A DNA stretch of 64,000 bases from Gammaproteobacteria bacterium (GCA_965215365.1 CBDCDS010000003.1:1440001-1504000); one strand, 5' to 3'. Positions 44,776-55,943 are shown, numbered from the stretch's first letter. Notes: generated by a model from the sequence alone, not told the origin. Made by a program: numbers and translations.

Positions 44776-45726
44776 TCAACCGTAACCCTGTTCCCGGGCT
44801 TTCACCAGCCGGTACAGGGTTTCGTGGTACGGCGCCGGGGCGCCGGTTTTGTGCGCCTCGCGTACGATGGCGCCAGTGATCCAGTCTATCTCCGTCAGGC
44901 GTTTATTGCGTACGTCATCCAGCATGGAGGGAATATGGGCATAGTCCTCGCCACTGGTGGTGCCCTGGTTGACCGCCCTGACGTTCATTACCCAGGGGTC
45001 ATCCGCCAGCGTCACGCCGCGGGCTTTGGCGATACGCTTGGCTTCGTCCATCATGGCGCGCACCAGATGACCCAGATCCTCCAGCTTGTCCTGTACGGCA
45101 AACGCCCGGACATGTGGTAAGTCGGTGAGCGCCGAAATGCTGTTCACCGCCGAGTTGAAGATCAGTTTCGACCACTGGTGCGGCAGCAGGTCCTCGTAGG
45201 CCTCTGCCTTCAGACCGGAACGGATGAAGAGTTCTTCAACCTGCTTGACGTAGTCATAAGTAGCGCTGCCCCCCGCCCAGGGACCCATCCAGGTGGCCGT
45301 ATCCAGTTCGTACTCCACATGTGTGTCCGTGTGGCGGGTGCCACTCATGAAGGTGACGCCGGATATGAGCGGCCAGTCGCCGAACCGACTCACCACTTCC
45401 TCGCAGCCCAGGCCGTTCTGGATCATCAGTACGTGGGCGTTGGGGAAATGACCCTCGAGCAGCTGCGCGCAGGCTTCCACGTCCAGGGCCTTGCAGGCAA
45501 TGATAACCAGATCAACCTCGCCCAGCTGCGCGGCGTCTGTGGCGGCGCGCACGTTTACATGCAGTTCCGATTTGCCGCTGACTCGCAGACCCTCGTGATT
45601 TAATGCCTTGGCATGACCGTCCCGCCGTGCCAGCACCGCCAGGTCTGCGACGTTACCTAAGTGCCCCACCAGCAAACTGCCGATGGCGCCGGCGCCGACG
45701 ATGCATACTTTTTCGATTGCTTTCAT
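44776..45726 (-). CDS. Ketopantoate reductase (PanE/ApbA) family
   Basis: GAGAIG, QNGLG, WSKLIFN, SMLDD..EID..GAIV. Confidence 0.88.
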   Translation of the reverse strand: MKAIEKVCIVGAGAIGSLLVGHLGNVADLAVLARRDGHAKALNHEGLRVSGKSELHVNVRAATDAAQLGEVDLVIIACKALDVEACAQLLEGHFPNAHVLMIQNGLGCEEVVSRFGDWPLISGVTFMSGTRHTDTHVEYELDTATWMGPWAGGSATYDYVKQVEELFIRSGLKAEAYEDLLPHQWSKLIFNSAVNSISALTDLPHVRAFAVQDKLEDLGHLVRAMMDEAKRIAKARGVTLADDPWVMNVRAVNQGTTSGEDYAHIPSMLDDVRNKRLTEIDWITGAIVREAHKTGAPAPYHETLYRLVKAREQGYG

Positions 45727-45727
45727 T

Positions 45728-45972
45728 TAGCCCGCAGATCTCACCAAGTCGCTTGTTGCCTTGTGAAACATAATTGCTCTCAATAGGTTATGATAATGCT
45801 GCTACTCTTCTCACATAACACACTGCGCTTGATGCGCCCTCGCTGGTCCTGGTGCTGCCTGTGGGCACGTGCTTGTTCAACCATAGCTACCGCTATGCTT
45901 TCGGGCGCAGGCACCCGCCGGCAGCACCAATCCGGCGCGATCTTCGCATCACTTGGTGAGATATGCGGGTTA
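45728..45972 (+). mobile_element. Family B MITE, full copy (245 bp including TA ends)
   Basis: TIR TAgcccgcagatctcaccaagt...acttggtgagatatgcgggtTA; near-identical to 47256-47500. Confidence 0.9.
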
Positions 45973-46011
45973 GTAGTTGTCCGCAGCTACCGCAGTCTGC
46001 GGCGGCGGCGA

Positions 46012-47211
46012 TTATACCACCCGTGCGACAATATCCTTGAACTCCTCGTCAGTCACCAGGCGGGCGTTGCGGACGCCGAGGTCTTTCACCGCCGCCAGCA
46101 CGCCGGCACGCTTGTCTTCCGGTATGTCCAGCCCCAGTTCCTCGCCCTTGAGCCTGACGTTGGACAGCCCGCTCTTCTTGCCCAGTACGATGCGGCGCTC
46201 GGCATCCACAATCTCCGCTGAGTACGGTTCGATGGCCTGCGGAATGTGGAACTGGTTTGCCACCGCGCCGCTCTCGCGGGTGTAAAGGAACTCCCCGACT
46301 ACGGGTTTCCAGCCGTCCACACGGTAACCACCGGCTTGTTGCACCACCTTCGAGGTCTCTCTGGCGCGGGTCAGGTCCAGTTCCACCGGCATGTCGTACA
46401 GGCATTGCAGCGCCAGTGCCACTTCGCAAATATCTGCATTGCCGGCGCGCTCGCCCATGCCGTTGATGGTACCCTGGATCCAGCGGGCGCCGCCACGCAC
46501 CGCCGCCACCGCCGCGGCAGTCGCCATGCCAAAATCATTATGGCCGTGCCAATGGATGGGGATGTCAGGCCCCACCCAACCGCTCACCTCGCCAATCAAC
46601 TGCTCCACCGCTTCCGGGGAACATACGCCGATGGTATCGACCACAGACACCTCATCGGCGCCCTGCTCGATGGCCGTTGAATACACGTCACGCAGGAAAC
46701 CCAGGTCGCTACGGGTCGAATCCACGGCAAAGAAGTTCACGGTCTTAATCCCGTTATCCTTGGCATGACGGATGGCGTCGGTCACGCGCTGCAAAACGAT
46801 GTCCCGGGTAAAACCGTAGGCCTTGATCTTCATGTCGCTGGTCGAAATCTCGATCAGGACATGCTCCGTACCCAGCTCGATATGGGCATCAATATCCGCC
46901 GTCACGGCCCGGGAAAACCCCCAGATCTGCGCGCGCAGTCCCGCGTCCAGAATACGCCTGACCGCCACGGTATCATCGGCAGAAACCCGAGGAAACCCCG
47001 ACTCAATCCTGCTCACACCCAGGTCACTGAGCCGGCAGGCAATATCGAACTTCTCCTCAGGGGTAAAACAGACACCAACGGACTGCTCGCCATCGCGCAA
47101 TGTCGTATCGTAAAAACGCACCGGCGTGGAGCGGTCAAAGCGGGACAGAATGTCATCTGTCCGGTTCAGGTCGCTGGTCCAGATCTTGTCGGGGGAAATG
47201 TTTTTGCTCAT
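46012..47211 (-). CDS. Homocitrate/isopropylmalate synthase family (DRE-TIM), no regulatory domain
   Basis: DTTLRDGEQ, IESGFP, HGHNDFGMA, GMGERAGN, LGKKSG. Confidence 0.88.
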   Translation of the reverse strand: MSKNISPDKIWTSDLNRTDDILSRFDRSTPVRFYDTTLRDGEQSVGVCFTPEEKFDIACRLSDLGVSRIESGFPRVSADDTVAVRRILDAGLRAQIWGFSRAVTADIDAHIELGTEHVLIEISTSDMKIKAYGFTRDIVLQRVTDAIRHAKDNGIKTVNFFAVDSTRSDLGFLRDVYSTAIEQGADEVSVVDTIGVCSPEAVEQLIGEVSGWVGPDIPIHWHGHNDFGMATAAAVAAVRGGARWIQGTINGMGERAGNADICEVALALQCLYDMPVELDLTRARETSKVVQQAGGYRVDGWKPVVGEFLYTRESGAVANQFHIPQAIEPYSAEIVDAERRIVLGKKSGLSNVRLKGEELGLDIPEDKRAGVLAAVKDLGVRNARLVTDEEFKDIVARVV

Positions 47212-47255
47212 AATTATGCACTGATTCAATAGTGTTAAATTTTTAACGGTGTCTT

Positions 47256-47500
47256 TAACCCGCGGATCTCACCAAGTCGCTTGCTGCCTTACGCAACATG
47301 ATTGCTCTCAATAAGCTATGATAATACTGTTGCTCTTTCCACATAACACACTGCGCTTGATGCGCCCTCGCTGGTCCTGGTTCTGCCTGCGGGCATGTGC
47401 TTGTTCAACCATAGCTACCGTTATGGTTTCGGTCGCAGGCACCCGCAGGCAGAACTAATCCAGCGCGATCTTCGCATCACCGGGTGAGATATGCGGGTTA
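47256..47500 (+). mobile_element. Family B MITE, full copy (245 bp including TA ends)
   Basis: Same length and TIRs as 45728-45972, direct orientation. Confidence 0.9.
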
Positions 47501-47571
47501 ATTCTTCGCCTGGATGCACAGGATAAACAGGATTTTTTAATGAATAATCTGTCCATGTACAGCCATGTCAA

Positions 47572-48438
47572 TTACCTGCTGAACCACTCATACAACTCAT
47601 CGGCCGTGGCAAACCATACGTCGTCCCGCGCCAGAATATAATCCAGCACCTCCTCGAAATACTTTATCCGGTGCGGCACCCCCATGATATAAGGATGCAC
47701 GCCCAATGACATGACCCGGGGCTGCTTTGCGCCCTCCTCGTAGAGCCGATCGAACTGGTCCATGGCACGTTGCAGCCATACGTCCGAGGTGTGCGCATGC
47801 ACGACCATCATCGGCAGGTCGCTGAGTTCAAAGGAATACGGCATGGCCATGATCGGCCCGGTCGCGGTTTTCATGGTCACAGGGTGTTCGTCCATAGGCC
47901 AGTCGCAAACGAATTTGAACCCGACTGCGGCGAGGTGATCCAGGGTATCTAAGGTCTCTTGCAGGCCCGGCCCCAGCCAGCCCTTGGGCGCCTTGCCGGT
48001 GTAATCCCTGATTATGGCGAAGGACTTGTGCGCCACCTCCGCCTGATCCTCGACAATGTGCATAGGCGTCTGGGCATAACCATGCCCCATGAAATCGCAG
48101 CCGGCTTCCCGCAGGGCCCGGGCTACCGGCTCGCCGGCAGTCTCGCACACCCGGGCATTGATGGCGATGTTGGCTTTCAGGTCGCGCGCCGTCAGCGCCT
48201 CCATGATGCGCCAGATTCCGACCCGCATACCGTACTCATGCCAGGACCAGTTAGGCACGTTGGGCACGGTAACCACCCCCGCGGGCGCGGTCACGTACTC
48301 CCTGGCAACAGGCTTTTCGATATTCCATTCCTCAATATTGACGATCATGTACACCGCAATACGGGCGCCGTCCGGCAGCTGCAAGGGTTCCCGCTGCGGC
48401 ATGGCGGAATAATCAAATCGTTTGTGAGGCAATTTCAT
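47572..48438 (-). CDS. Polysaccharide deacetylase (CE4, PuuE-like) family amidohydrolase
   Basis: IVNIEEW, NWSWHEYGMRVG, GHG, GWLGPG, QFDRLYEEG, HPYIMG. Confidence 0.85.
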   Translation of the reverse strand: MKLPHKRFDYSAMPQREPLQLPDGARIAVYMIVNIEEWNIEKPVAREYVTAPAGVVTVPNVPNWSWHEYGMRVGIWRIMEALTARDLKANIAINARVCETAGEPVARALREAGCDFMGHGYAQTPMHIVEDQAEVAHKSFAIIRDYTGKAPKGWLGPGLQETLDTLDHLAAVGFKFVCDWPMDEHPVTMKTATGPIMAMPYSFELSDLPMMVVHAHTSDVWLQRAMDQFDRLYEEGAKQPRVMSLGVHPYIMGVPHRIKYFEEVLDYILARDDVWFATADELYEWFSR

Positions 48439-48489
48439 CAGGGCATTTTAACCCTGAAACGGATAAACTGCTATCAGGAACCTTAAAAA

Positions 48490-49968
48490 ATGCCAATGTC
48501 CCCACCACAACCCCCTTCACAGGTTGGCTATACCAACTTCATCGCCGAGGCCGGTGCCTGGAGCGAAGCTCAAGCCGAACGTGCCGGGCAATTACCGGAA
48601 CTGCTTAACGAAAAAAACATCAGCACAGTCCGTGTCGTTTACAGCGATCAACATGGCCTGATGCGCGGCAAGGCGTTAAGTACGGAAAACTTCCTGCTGG
48701 CTTTGAACAACGGCGTCACCGAAACCGTGGCCAACTTAGGAAAAGACACAGCAAATTTCCCGGTCGTCCCGCTGTTCGACCGGGATGGCGGCTTCGGCCT
48801 TGAGCAAATGGGCGGCGTCGGCGATATGCTGCTGGTCCCGGACCCGCTGACAATGAAAATTCTGCCCTGGGCGCCGGATACGGCCTGGGTCATTTCCGAT
48901 CTCTATCTGAAAGATCGCACCCGCTGCCCGTTCGACTGTCGGCAGCTCATGCGTGACGCGCTGGCCGCGCTGCAAGAACAGGCGCTTGATTACATCGCCG
49001 GTCTGGAACTGGAGTTCTACGTGTTCAACATAGAGGACGAGAAACTGTCGCTGCGCGACTCCGGCCAGCCGCCCACCCCGCCGACCGTGAAGGCGCTCAG
49101 CCATGGCTTTCAGTACCACGCCGAGCGCCACCTGGGCCAGGCCGCGCCCGTGGCCGACATGATCCGTGACCTGGTCATCGGTCTGGAACTGCCGTTGCGC
49201 ACCATTGAGGCCGAATGGGGGCCGGGCCAGTTCGAGGTGACATTCAACCCCCTGGACGGCCTCGCCGCGGCCGATTCCCTGCTGCTGTTCCGCAGCGCGG
49301 TCAAACACCTGATGCGGCGTCACGGTCTGCTTGCCAGCTTCATGGCAAAACCGGCCCTGCCCAACGTCTATTCCAGCGGGTGGCACCTGCACCAGTCACT
49401 ACGGCACAGGGAAACCGGAGCCAATGCGCTCATCGACAACGAAAACCTGTTAAGCAAAACCGGCTACCACTACCTCGGTGGTCTGCTGCAACATAGCGCA
49501 GCCCTGACCGCCTTCTCCAACCCCACCATCAACGGCTACAAACGTCTCAACGCCAACCTCCTGGCCCCAAACCGAATTCTCTGGGCGCATGACAACCGCG
49601 GCGCGCTGCTGCGACTGGTGGGTGGATACACCGAACCGGGAACACGCATCGAGAATCGCGCCGGCGAACCCTCGGCCAATCCGTACCTGTACATGGCCTC
49701 ACAGATATACGCCGGACTGGATGGACTGCGGAACAAAACAGACCCGGGCGAGCCGGTGCGAGCTGACCCCTACCAACAGACCAACAGGCCGGCTATGCCG
49801 AGATCGCTGATGCAAGCAGTCGCAGCGTTGGATGGGTCAACAGTATTGAGGGCCGGGTTCGGAGATCGGTTTGTCGATCATTTCCTGCTCATTAAGCAGG
49901 CGGAGATCGAGCGATTTCTGGCGCATGTTACGGATTGGGAACACAGGGAGTATTTTGAGATGTTTTGA
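48490..49968 (+). CDS. Glutamine synthetase-like gamma-glutamyl ligase (TdnQ/AtdA1-like)
   Basis: DQHGLMRGK, GLELEFY, EWGPGQFE, SGWHLHQSL, RIENR.GEP.ANPYL, VTDWEHREYF. Confidence 0.85.
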   Translation: MPMSPPQPPSQVGYTNFIAEAGAWSEAQAERAGQLPELLNEKNISTVRVVYSDQHGLMRGKALSTENFLLALNNGVTETVANLGKDTANFPVVPLFDRDGGFGLEQMGGVGDMLLVPDPLTMKILPWAPDTAWVISDLYLKDRTRCPFDCRQLMRDALAALQEQALDYIAGLELEFYVFNIEDEKLSLRDSGQPPTPPTVKALSHGFQYHAERHLGQAAPVADMIRDLVIGLELPLRTIEAEWGPGQFEVTFNPLDGLAAADSLLLFRSAVKHLMRRHGLLASFMAKPALPNVYSSGWHLHQSLRHRETGANALIDNENLLSKTGYHYLGGLLQHSAALTAFSNPTINGYKRLNANLLAPNRILWAHDNRGALLRLVGGYTEPGTRIENRAGEPSANPYLYMASQIYAGLDGLRNKTDPGEPVRADPYQQTNRPAMPRSLMQAVAALDGSTVLRAGFGDRFVDHFLLIKQAEIERFLAHVTDWEHREYFEMF

Positions 49969-49983
49969 TGGGTTAAGGAGCCT

Positions 49984-50896
49984 CTAACTTTTGGGAACTT
50001 TATCTTGTATATCTTGTATATCCCTGTTAAACAAAACAAAAACACCTTCCCCGCCATGCTCAAAGTCGATCCAGATAAAAGGAACGCGAGGGTATTTCGC
50101 CTCCAGCCCCGCACGGGTGTTGCCGACTTCCACTACCAGGATACCGTGCTGCGTTAAATGCCTGTGGGCATCGAGTAAAATGCCATCGACCAGGTCCAGG
50201 CCAGCAACTCCCGCAGCCAGGGCCCGGGATGGCTCATGCCGGTACTCAGCCGGCAGGGTCGCCATTTCTGCAGCGCTGACGTAGGGCGGATTGCTGACGA
50301 TAATATCATATTTCCGATCTTCCAGGGCGTTGAACAAATCTGCTTCGATCAGGTTGACCCGCGCCGTCAGTTCGTGTCGCTGACAGTTGCTGCGGGCGAC
50401 TGCCAGTGCCTCGGGGTCAATATCCGTGGCGTCAATCACCGCACTGGGGAATGCCATGGCACAGACGATGGCAATGCAACCACTACCTGTGCCCAGATCC
50501 AGGATACGTGTGACCTCGGCGGGTTTAATCCAGGGGGAGAACCGGTCACGGATCAGCTCCGCAAGCGGTGAACGGGGCACCAGCACGCGCTCATCCACGT
50601 ATAGCGGCAGGCCGGCAAACCAGGCCTGATTGAGCAGGTAGGCAACGGGTTTTCGAGTACTGATCCTGCGCGCAGCCAGTGCCCGGATAAGTGCCTCTTC
50701 AGCAGCGGTGACGTTCGTATGCAACTGTTCATGGCTTAAATCAAACGGCAGCGCCAGTGCGCCTAGCACCAGGTAGGCAGCCTCATCCAAGGCATTGTCA
50801 GTCCCATGACCGTAACATAGGTCGGCGCCGTTGAACTGCTGCTCGACCCAGTGAATAAGTTGTTCGAGGTAAATTGCCTTACCCTTTTGTCAACAT
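49984..50896 (-). CDS. prmB: 50S protein L3 N5-glutamine methyltransferase; start region out of frame
   Basis: YGHGTDNALDEA, LVPRSPLAELI, DLGTGSG, SNPPY; in-frame TGA at 50890-50892 and nearest ATG (50896) is shifted by 1 nt. Confidence 0.85.
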
Positions 50897-50965
50897 GTAC
50901 TCACGCGGGGAACAATCGTAGTGTTGCCGGAACTTTTGGTAGAAATACGGCAGGCTACCGTTTCA

Positions 50966-52858
50966 CTATTTTAGTTCCAGAAAAATGCTGTTAAGCCGGT
51001 GCACAAACCCTGCCGGGTCTTGCAGTTGACCGCCTTCGCTGAGCAGGGCTTGTTCGAACAGGATGTTGGCCCAGTCGGCAAAGCGATTGGCGTCTTCCTC
51101 GTCTTGTAACTTGCCGACCAGAGGATGGCTCGGGTTGATTTCCAGGATGGGCTTGGCGGCGTTAATCTGCTGGCCTGAGGCCTTGAGAATCTGCTCCAGG
51201 TGGCGACCCATGCCGTGTTCGTCGGCAACCAGACAGGCGGGGGACTCGGTCAGGCGCCGGGTGACGCGTACTTCCTGCACCTGTTCATCCAGTATTTTTG
51301 CTATGCGTTGGGTCAGTTCATCCAGTTTTTTATCATCAGCCTGTTCAGCTTCAGGCTCGTCTTTCTCCTCATCCGAATCACCTAGGTCACCCAGGTCCAA
51401 TTCGCCCTTGCTCACCGAAGTCAACGGCTTATCCTGGTATTCGGTCAGGTGAGTGACCAGCCATTCGTCCACCGGGTCGGTCAGCAGCAGCACCTCTATG
51501 CCTTTTTTACGGAATATTTCCAGGTGCGGACTGTTTTTTGCCGTGGCGTAATTTTCCGCAGTCACGTAGTAGATGGCTTTCTGCCCCTCTTTCATGCGCG
51601 CCAGATACTCATCCAGCGCCACGGTTTCGTCCTCAGTGTCTTCATGGGTGGACTTGAAGCGGAACAGTTTTCCCAGGTCCTCGCGCTGCTCCGGGGCCTC
51701 GATGACGCCTTCCTTGAGCACCCGGCCGAAGGTCTGCCAGAACTGCTGGTATTGGTCCGGTTCCTTCTGCGCCATTTTTTTCAGCAAGGCCAATATCTTT
51801 TTGGTGCTGGCCGCGCGGATGGTTTCAATGACCTTGTTATGTTGCAATATCTCCCTGGAGATGTTCAACGGCAGGTCAGCGGAATCCACCACGCCCTTGA
51901 CGAAGCGCAGGTAGGACGGCAATAACTGTTTGGCGTCGTCCATGATGAACACCCGCTTCACGTACAGTTTTACACCATGGCGCTGTTCCCGGTCCCACAG
52001 GTCGAACGGGGCGCGGGCGGGTATGAATAACAGGCTGGTGTATTCCAGCTTGCCTTCCACCTTGTTATGGAGGTGGCACAGCGGGTCTTCAAAATCGTGC
52101 GCGATGGCCTTGTAGAACTCGTTATAGTCTTCCTGCTTGAGGTCTTTCCGGTTGCGCGTCCACAGCGCCGTGGCGGTGTTGACGGTATCCTCGCCTTGCT
52201 CATCCTTGCCCTCTTTGGGCATGATGATGGGTAGGGAGATATGGTCCGAGTACTTGCTGATAATCGTGCGCAAGCGGTAGCCGTCGAGGAACTCCTTGGC
52301 CTCCTTGCGCAGATACAGGATGACCTTGCTGCCGCGCCGGGGTCGGTCCACGGTCTCCACGCTGTAGTCGCTCTTGCCGTCGGATACCCAGCGCACGCCC
52401 TGCGCACGTGGCAGGCCGGCGCGGCGCGTCACTACTTCCACCTTTTCGGCGACGATGAACGAGGAATAAAACCCGACGCCGAACTGGCCGATCAGTTGTG
52501 AGTCCTTGCTCTGATCGCCGGTGAGCGAGGCAAAGAACTGTTTGGTGCCGGATTTGGCGATGGTGCCCAGGTTGTCGATCACTTCCTGCCTGGACATACC
52601 GATGCCGTTGTCGATGACGGTCACGGTCTTCTGGCGTTTGTTGTACTCCACCCGGATGTTCAGTTCCGGGTCATCCTCGAACAGGCTGTCGTCCTGCAAG
52701 CCTTCAAAGCGCAGCCGGTCGGCGGCGTCCGAGGCATTGGAGATCAGCTCACGCAGGAAAATTTCCTGGTTGCTGTACAAGGAATGGATCATCAGGTCCA
52801 GCAATTGCTGGACTTCTGTCTGAAAACCCAGCGATTCTTTTTGTGTATCCGCAGTCAT
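50966..52858 (-). CDS. htpG: Chaperone HtpG (Hsp90)
   Basis: FLRELISNASDA, DNGIGM, IGQFGVGFYS, LPLNISRE. Confidence 0.97.
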   Translation of the reverse strand: MTADTQKESLGFQTEVQQLLDLMIHSLYSNQEIFLRELISNASDAADRLRFEGLQDDSLFEDDPELNIRVEYNKRQKTVTVIDNGIGMSRQEVIDNLGTIAKSGTKQFFASLTGDQSKDSQLIGQFGVGFYSSFIVAEKVEVVTRRAGLPRAQGVRWVSDGKSDYSVETVDRPRRGSKVILYLRKEAKEFLDGYRLRTIISKYSDHISLPIIMPKEGKDEQGEDTVNTATALWTRNRKDLKQEDYNEFYKAIAHDFEDPLCHLHNKVEGKLEYTSLLFIPARAPFDLWDREQRHGVKLYVKRVFIMDDAKQLLPSYLRFVKGVVDSADLPLNISREILQHNKVIETIRAASTKKILALLKKMAQKEPDQYQQFWQTFGRVLKEGVIEAPEQREDLGKLFRFKSTHEDTEDETVALDEYLARMKEGQKAIYYVTAENYATAKNSPHLEIFRKKGIEVLLLTDPVDEWLVTHLTEYQDKPLTSVSKGELDLGDLGDSDEEKDEPEAEQADDKKLDELTQRIAKILDEQVQEVRVTRRLTESPACLVADEHGMGRHLEQILKASGQQINAAKPILEINPSHPLVGKLQDEEDANRFADWANILFEQALLSEGGQLQDPAGFVHRLNSIFLELK

Positions 52859-52961
52859 GGTATCCCCGTCATCAGTCAAAATACGCAACTGCACAATTTG
52901 GGGGCGCGCAAAATAAATTTCAAGCCTTGAAGTCCACGCCCTTTGTAAGCAGAATAGACTG

Positions 52962-55508
52962 ATGCACCCGGATAATTCCACACATACTCCGGTCATGCAG
53001 CAATACTTGGGCCTGAAGGCCGAGTATCCGGATATTCTGCTGCTGTTTCGTATGGGGGACTTCTACGAGTTGTTCTTCGAGGATGCGCGCAAGGCGGCGC
53101 GCCTGCTTGACCTGACCCTGACCTCGCGCGGCAAATCCGGCAATCAGGTCATTCCCATGGCGGGGGTGCCGTACCACGCAGTTGATTCCTACCTAGCAAA
53201 GTTAATCCGCATGGGTGAATCCGCGGTCATCTGTGAACAGATCGGTGACCCGGCACTGGCCAAAGGGCCGGTGGAGAGAAAAGTCACGCGGGTCGTCACG
53301 CCCGGCACCGTTACCGACGAGGCTTTGCTGGAGGAGAAGGCCGACAGCCTGCTGGTTTGCGTCCACACTCTGAGCGCTGAGTACGGGGTCGCAGCCCTGA
53401 ATCTGGCAGACGGGCGCTTCGCGCTCAGCCAGATGCGGGATAGTGACTCGCTGCTGGACGAACTGGCGCGCCTGCAGCCGGCGGAGTTATTGCTGTGTGA
53501 AGGCAGCAGCCTAGAACAGACTCTGGGCATTGCCTGTAAAAATATGACTGTGCGCGCGGCCTGGCAGTTCGAAGCGGCCAGAGCCGAGGACGCTATCAGG
53601 GGTCAATATCAGGTCAAGGAACTGGACGGTCTGGGGCTCACGGAGCTGGCCGCGGCCACTGCCGCCGCCGGCGCGTTGCTGCAATATGTGGATGAAACCC
53701 AAGGCGCGGCATTGCTGCACCTGCAATCGATCAAGGTCGAACAGCACTCGGACAGCGTGATTCTCGATGCCGTCACCCGCCGCAACCTGGAACTCGAACA
53801 GGATCTGAGAGGGCGCAAGGCAAACAGCCTGCTGGCCGTGCTGGATACCGCCGCTACCACCATGGGCAGCCGCTTGCTGAAACGCTGGCTGAACCGGCCG
53901 TTGCGTGATCAGCAGACCTTGAGCCGGCGCCACGACGCAGTGCGCCAACTGTCCGCTGATAAAACCTGGCGAGCGGTGCATGAAGCGTTGAAACAGATCA
54001 ACGACTTAGAGCGCATCTTAGCGCGCGTGGCGCTGAAATCGGCGCGTCCTCGAGACCTGTCACAACTGCACAAAGCACTGCTGCAACTGCCGGAATTGAA
54101 AACGACACTGGCAGGAGTTGACAGTCCGCGTGTGAGTGAACTCAATGAGCTGATCCTGGAGTTTCCGGCGTTACAGCAATACCTGGACGCGGCCTTGTTG
54201 AAAGAGCCGGCGGCAGTCATCCGGGAAGGCGGTGTCATTGCCGATGGTTTTGACACCGAACTGGACGAGTTGCGGCAACTGGACCGGGATGCCGGCTCAT
54301 TTCTGGAGGACCTGGAAATGCGTGAACGTGAACAGACTGGCATTCCCACCCTGAAGGTCGGCTTTAACCGCGTGCACGGCTATTATATTGAAGTCTCACG
54401 GGCGTACAGCGAAGCCGTGCCGGCGCGCTATCACCGCCGGCAGACCCTGAAAGCAGCAGAACGCTTCATCAGCGCCGAGCTCAAGGACTTTGAAGACAAG
54501 GCGCTGAGCGCCAGGGAACGGGCGTTGGCCCGGGAAAAAGTCCTGTATGAACTTATTCTGGAGCGCATCTGCACCGAGCTGGCACCGTTGCAAACCACGG
54601 CCGCGGCGCTGTGTGAAGTTGATGTGCTGGCCTGTTTTGCCGAACGCGCCGAGGCGCTGGATTACTGCCAGCCGGAGTTCACCAACAGGCCTGGCATACA
54701 AATCCACGCCGGGCGCCATGCGGTGATCGAACGGTTGCAGGACATGCCTTTTATTGCCAATGACATACACCTAGATGACTCGGTCAGGATGCTGCTCATT
54801 ACCGGGCCGAACATGGGCGGTAAATCCACCTACATGCGCCAGACTGCGCTCATCGCGCTGCTGGCGCATATCGGCAGTTTCGTGCCGGCCGCGCGCGCCG
54901 TGCTCGGGCCGATTGACCGTATCTTCACTCGCATCGGCGCAGTCGATGATATTTCTTCCGGCAAGTCCACCTTCATGGCCGAAATGGTGGAGGCTGCAAT
55001 CATCCTCAACAACGCCAGCGACCGCAGCCTGGTGTTGATCGACGAGATCGGGCGCGGCACCAGCACTTATGATGGGCTGGCGCTGGCCTGGGCCTGCGCC
55101 GCCCACCTGGCAAATAAGGTGCGGGCGTTGACCCTGTTTGCCACGCATTACTTCGAGTTGACCGTGCTGCCGGAACTCATGGACACGGTGCAGAACGCAC
55201 ACCTAGACGCAATCAGGCATGATAACGAGATCATCTTCCTGTACGCTGTCAAACCGGGTGCCACGAACAGAAGTTACGGCATCTGGGTGGCGCAACTGGC
55301 CGGCATCCCGCATACAGTCATCAATCAGGCCCGGCAGCAACTTGAAATCATGGAAAAAAACAGTGCGGCCCTGGTGCCGGATGCGCCGCAACAGGACTTG
55401 TTCCAGCAACCCGATGAAGTGCGCGCGCTGCTGCGGGAGACCGATCCGGACGGCCTCACGCCGAAACAAGCTCTGGAATTGTTGTATCGGCTGCGTGAAC
55501 TGGTATAA
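52962..55508 (+). CDS. mutS: Mismatch repair protein MutS
   Basis: [33 protein letters not shown]. Confidence 0.98.
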   Translation: MHPDNSTHTPVMQQYLGLKAEYPDILLLFRMGDFYELFFEDARKAARLLDLTLTSRGKSGNQVIPMAGVPYHAVDSYLAKLIRMGESAVICEQIGDPALAKGPVERKVTRVVTPGTVTDEALLEEKADSLLVCVHTLSAEYGVAALNLADGRFALSQMRDSDSLLDELARLQPAELLLCEGSSLEQTLGIACKNMTVRAAWQFEAARAEDAIRGQYQVKELDGLGLTELAAATAAAGALLQYVDETQGAALLHLQSIKVEQHSDSVILDAVTRRNLELEQDLRGRKANSLLAVLDTAATTMGSRLLKRWLNRPLRDQQTLSRRHDAVRQLSADKTWRAVHEALKQINDLERILARVALKSARPRDLSQLHKALLQLPELKTTLAGVDSPRVSELNELILEFPALQQYLDAALLKEPAAVIREGGVIADGFDTELDELRQLDRDAGSFLEDLEMREREQTGIPTLKVGFNRVHGYYIEVSRAYSEAVPARYHRRQTLKAAERFISAELKDFEDKALSARERALAREKVLYELILERICTELAPLQTTAAALCEVDVLACFAERAEALDYCQPEFTNRPGIQIHAGRHAVIERLQDMPFIANDIHLDDSVRMLLITGPNMGGKSTYMRQTALIALLAHIGSFVPAARAVLGPIDRIFTRIGAVDDISSGKSTFMAEMVEAAIILNNASDRSLVLIDEIGRGTSTYDGLALAWACAAHLANKVRALTLFATHYFELTVLPELMDTVQNAHLDAIRHDNEIIFLYAVKPGATNRSYGIWVAQLAGIPHTVINQARQQLEIMEKNSAALVPDAPQQDLFQQPDEVRALLRETDPDGLTPKQALELLYRLRELV

Positions 55509-55542
55509 TTCCAACCTGCTCAACCGATAGTAGGATATTGTT

Positions 55543-55866
55543 ATGCCCTTTGTCGTCACAGAAAACTGCATCAAGTGCAAATATACTGATTGCGTCGAAG
55601 TATGCCCGGTCGATTGTTTCCACGAAGGACCGAATATGCTGGTCATCGACCCGGACGAGTGTATCGACTGCACCTTGTGTGAGCCGGAGTGCCCGGTCGA
55701 GGCAATTATGTCTGAGGAGGATGTGCAAGAAGGCATGCAGCATTTCGTCGAACTGAACGCCGAGCTCTCTAGGGAATGGCCGGTCATCAACTCCATGCAA
55801 GACGCGCCGGCTGACGCGGATGACTGGAAAGAAGTCAAGGACAAGCTCCAATACCTGGAAAGGTAA
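55543..55866 (+). CDS. fdxA: 7Fe ferredoxin
   Basis: [30 protein letters not shown]. Confidence 0.95.
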   Translation: MPFVVTENCIKCKYTDCVEVCPVDCFHEGPNMLVIDPDECIDCTLCEPECPVEAIMSEEDVQEGMQHFVELNAELSREWPVINSMQDAPADADDWKEVKDKLQYLER

Positions 55867-55943
55867 GATGCCTGAGGTCGGCGCCGGCTGAGCGGTGCCG
55901 GCAACGGCCATCGGCCTGACGCTCTTTCCCGACTGCTTCCGCG

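Noticed and set aside
44736-44776. Absence of rpsL-rpsG-fusA after rpoC as a novelty
   Set aside because: This linkage is broken in many gammaproteobacteria
45790-46221. 143-aa ORF starting within family B element
   Set aside because: No transposase motifs; runs antisense into the synthase gene, and its start ATG-ATA-ATG is not fully kept in copy 2
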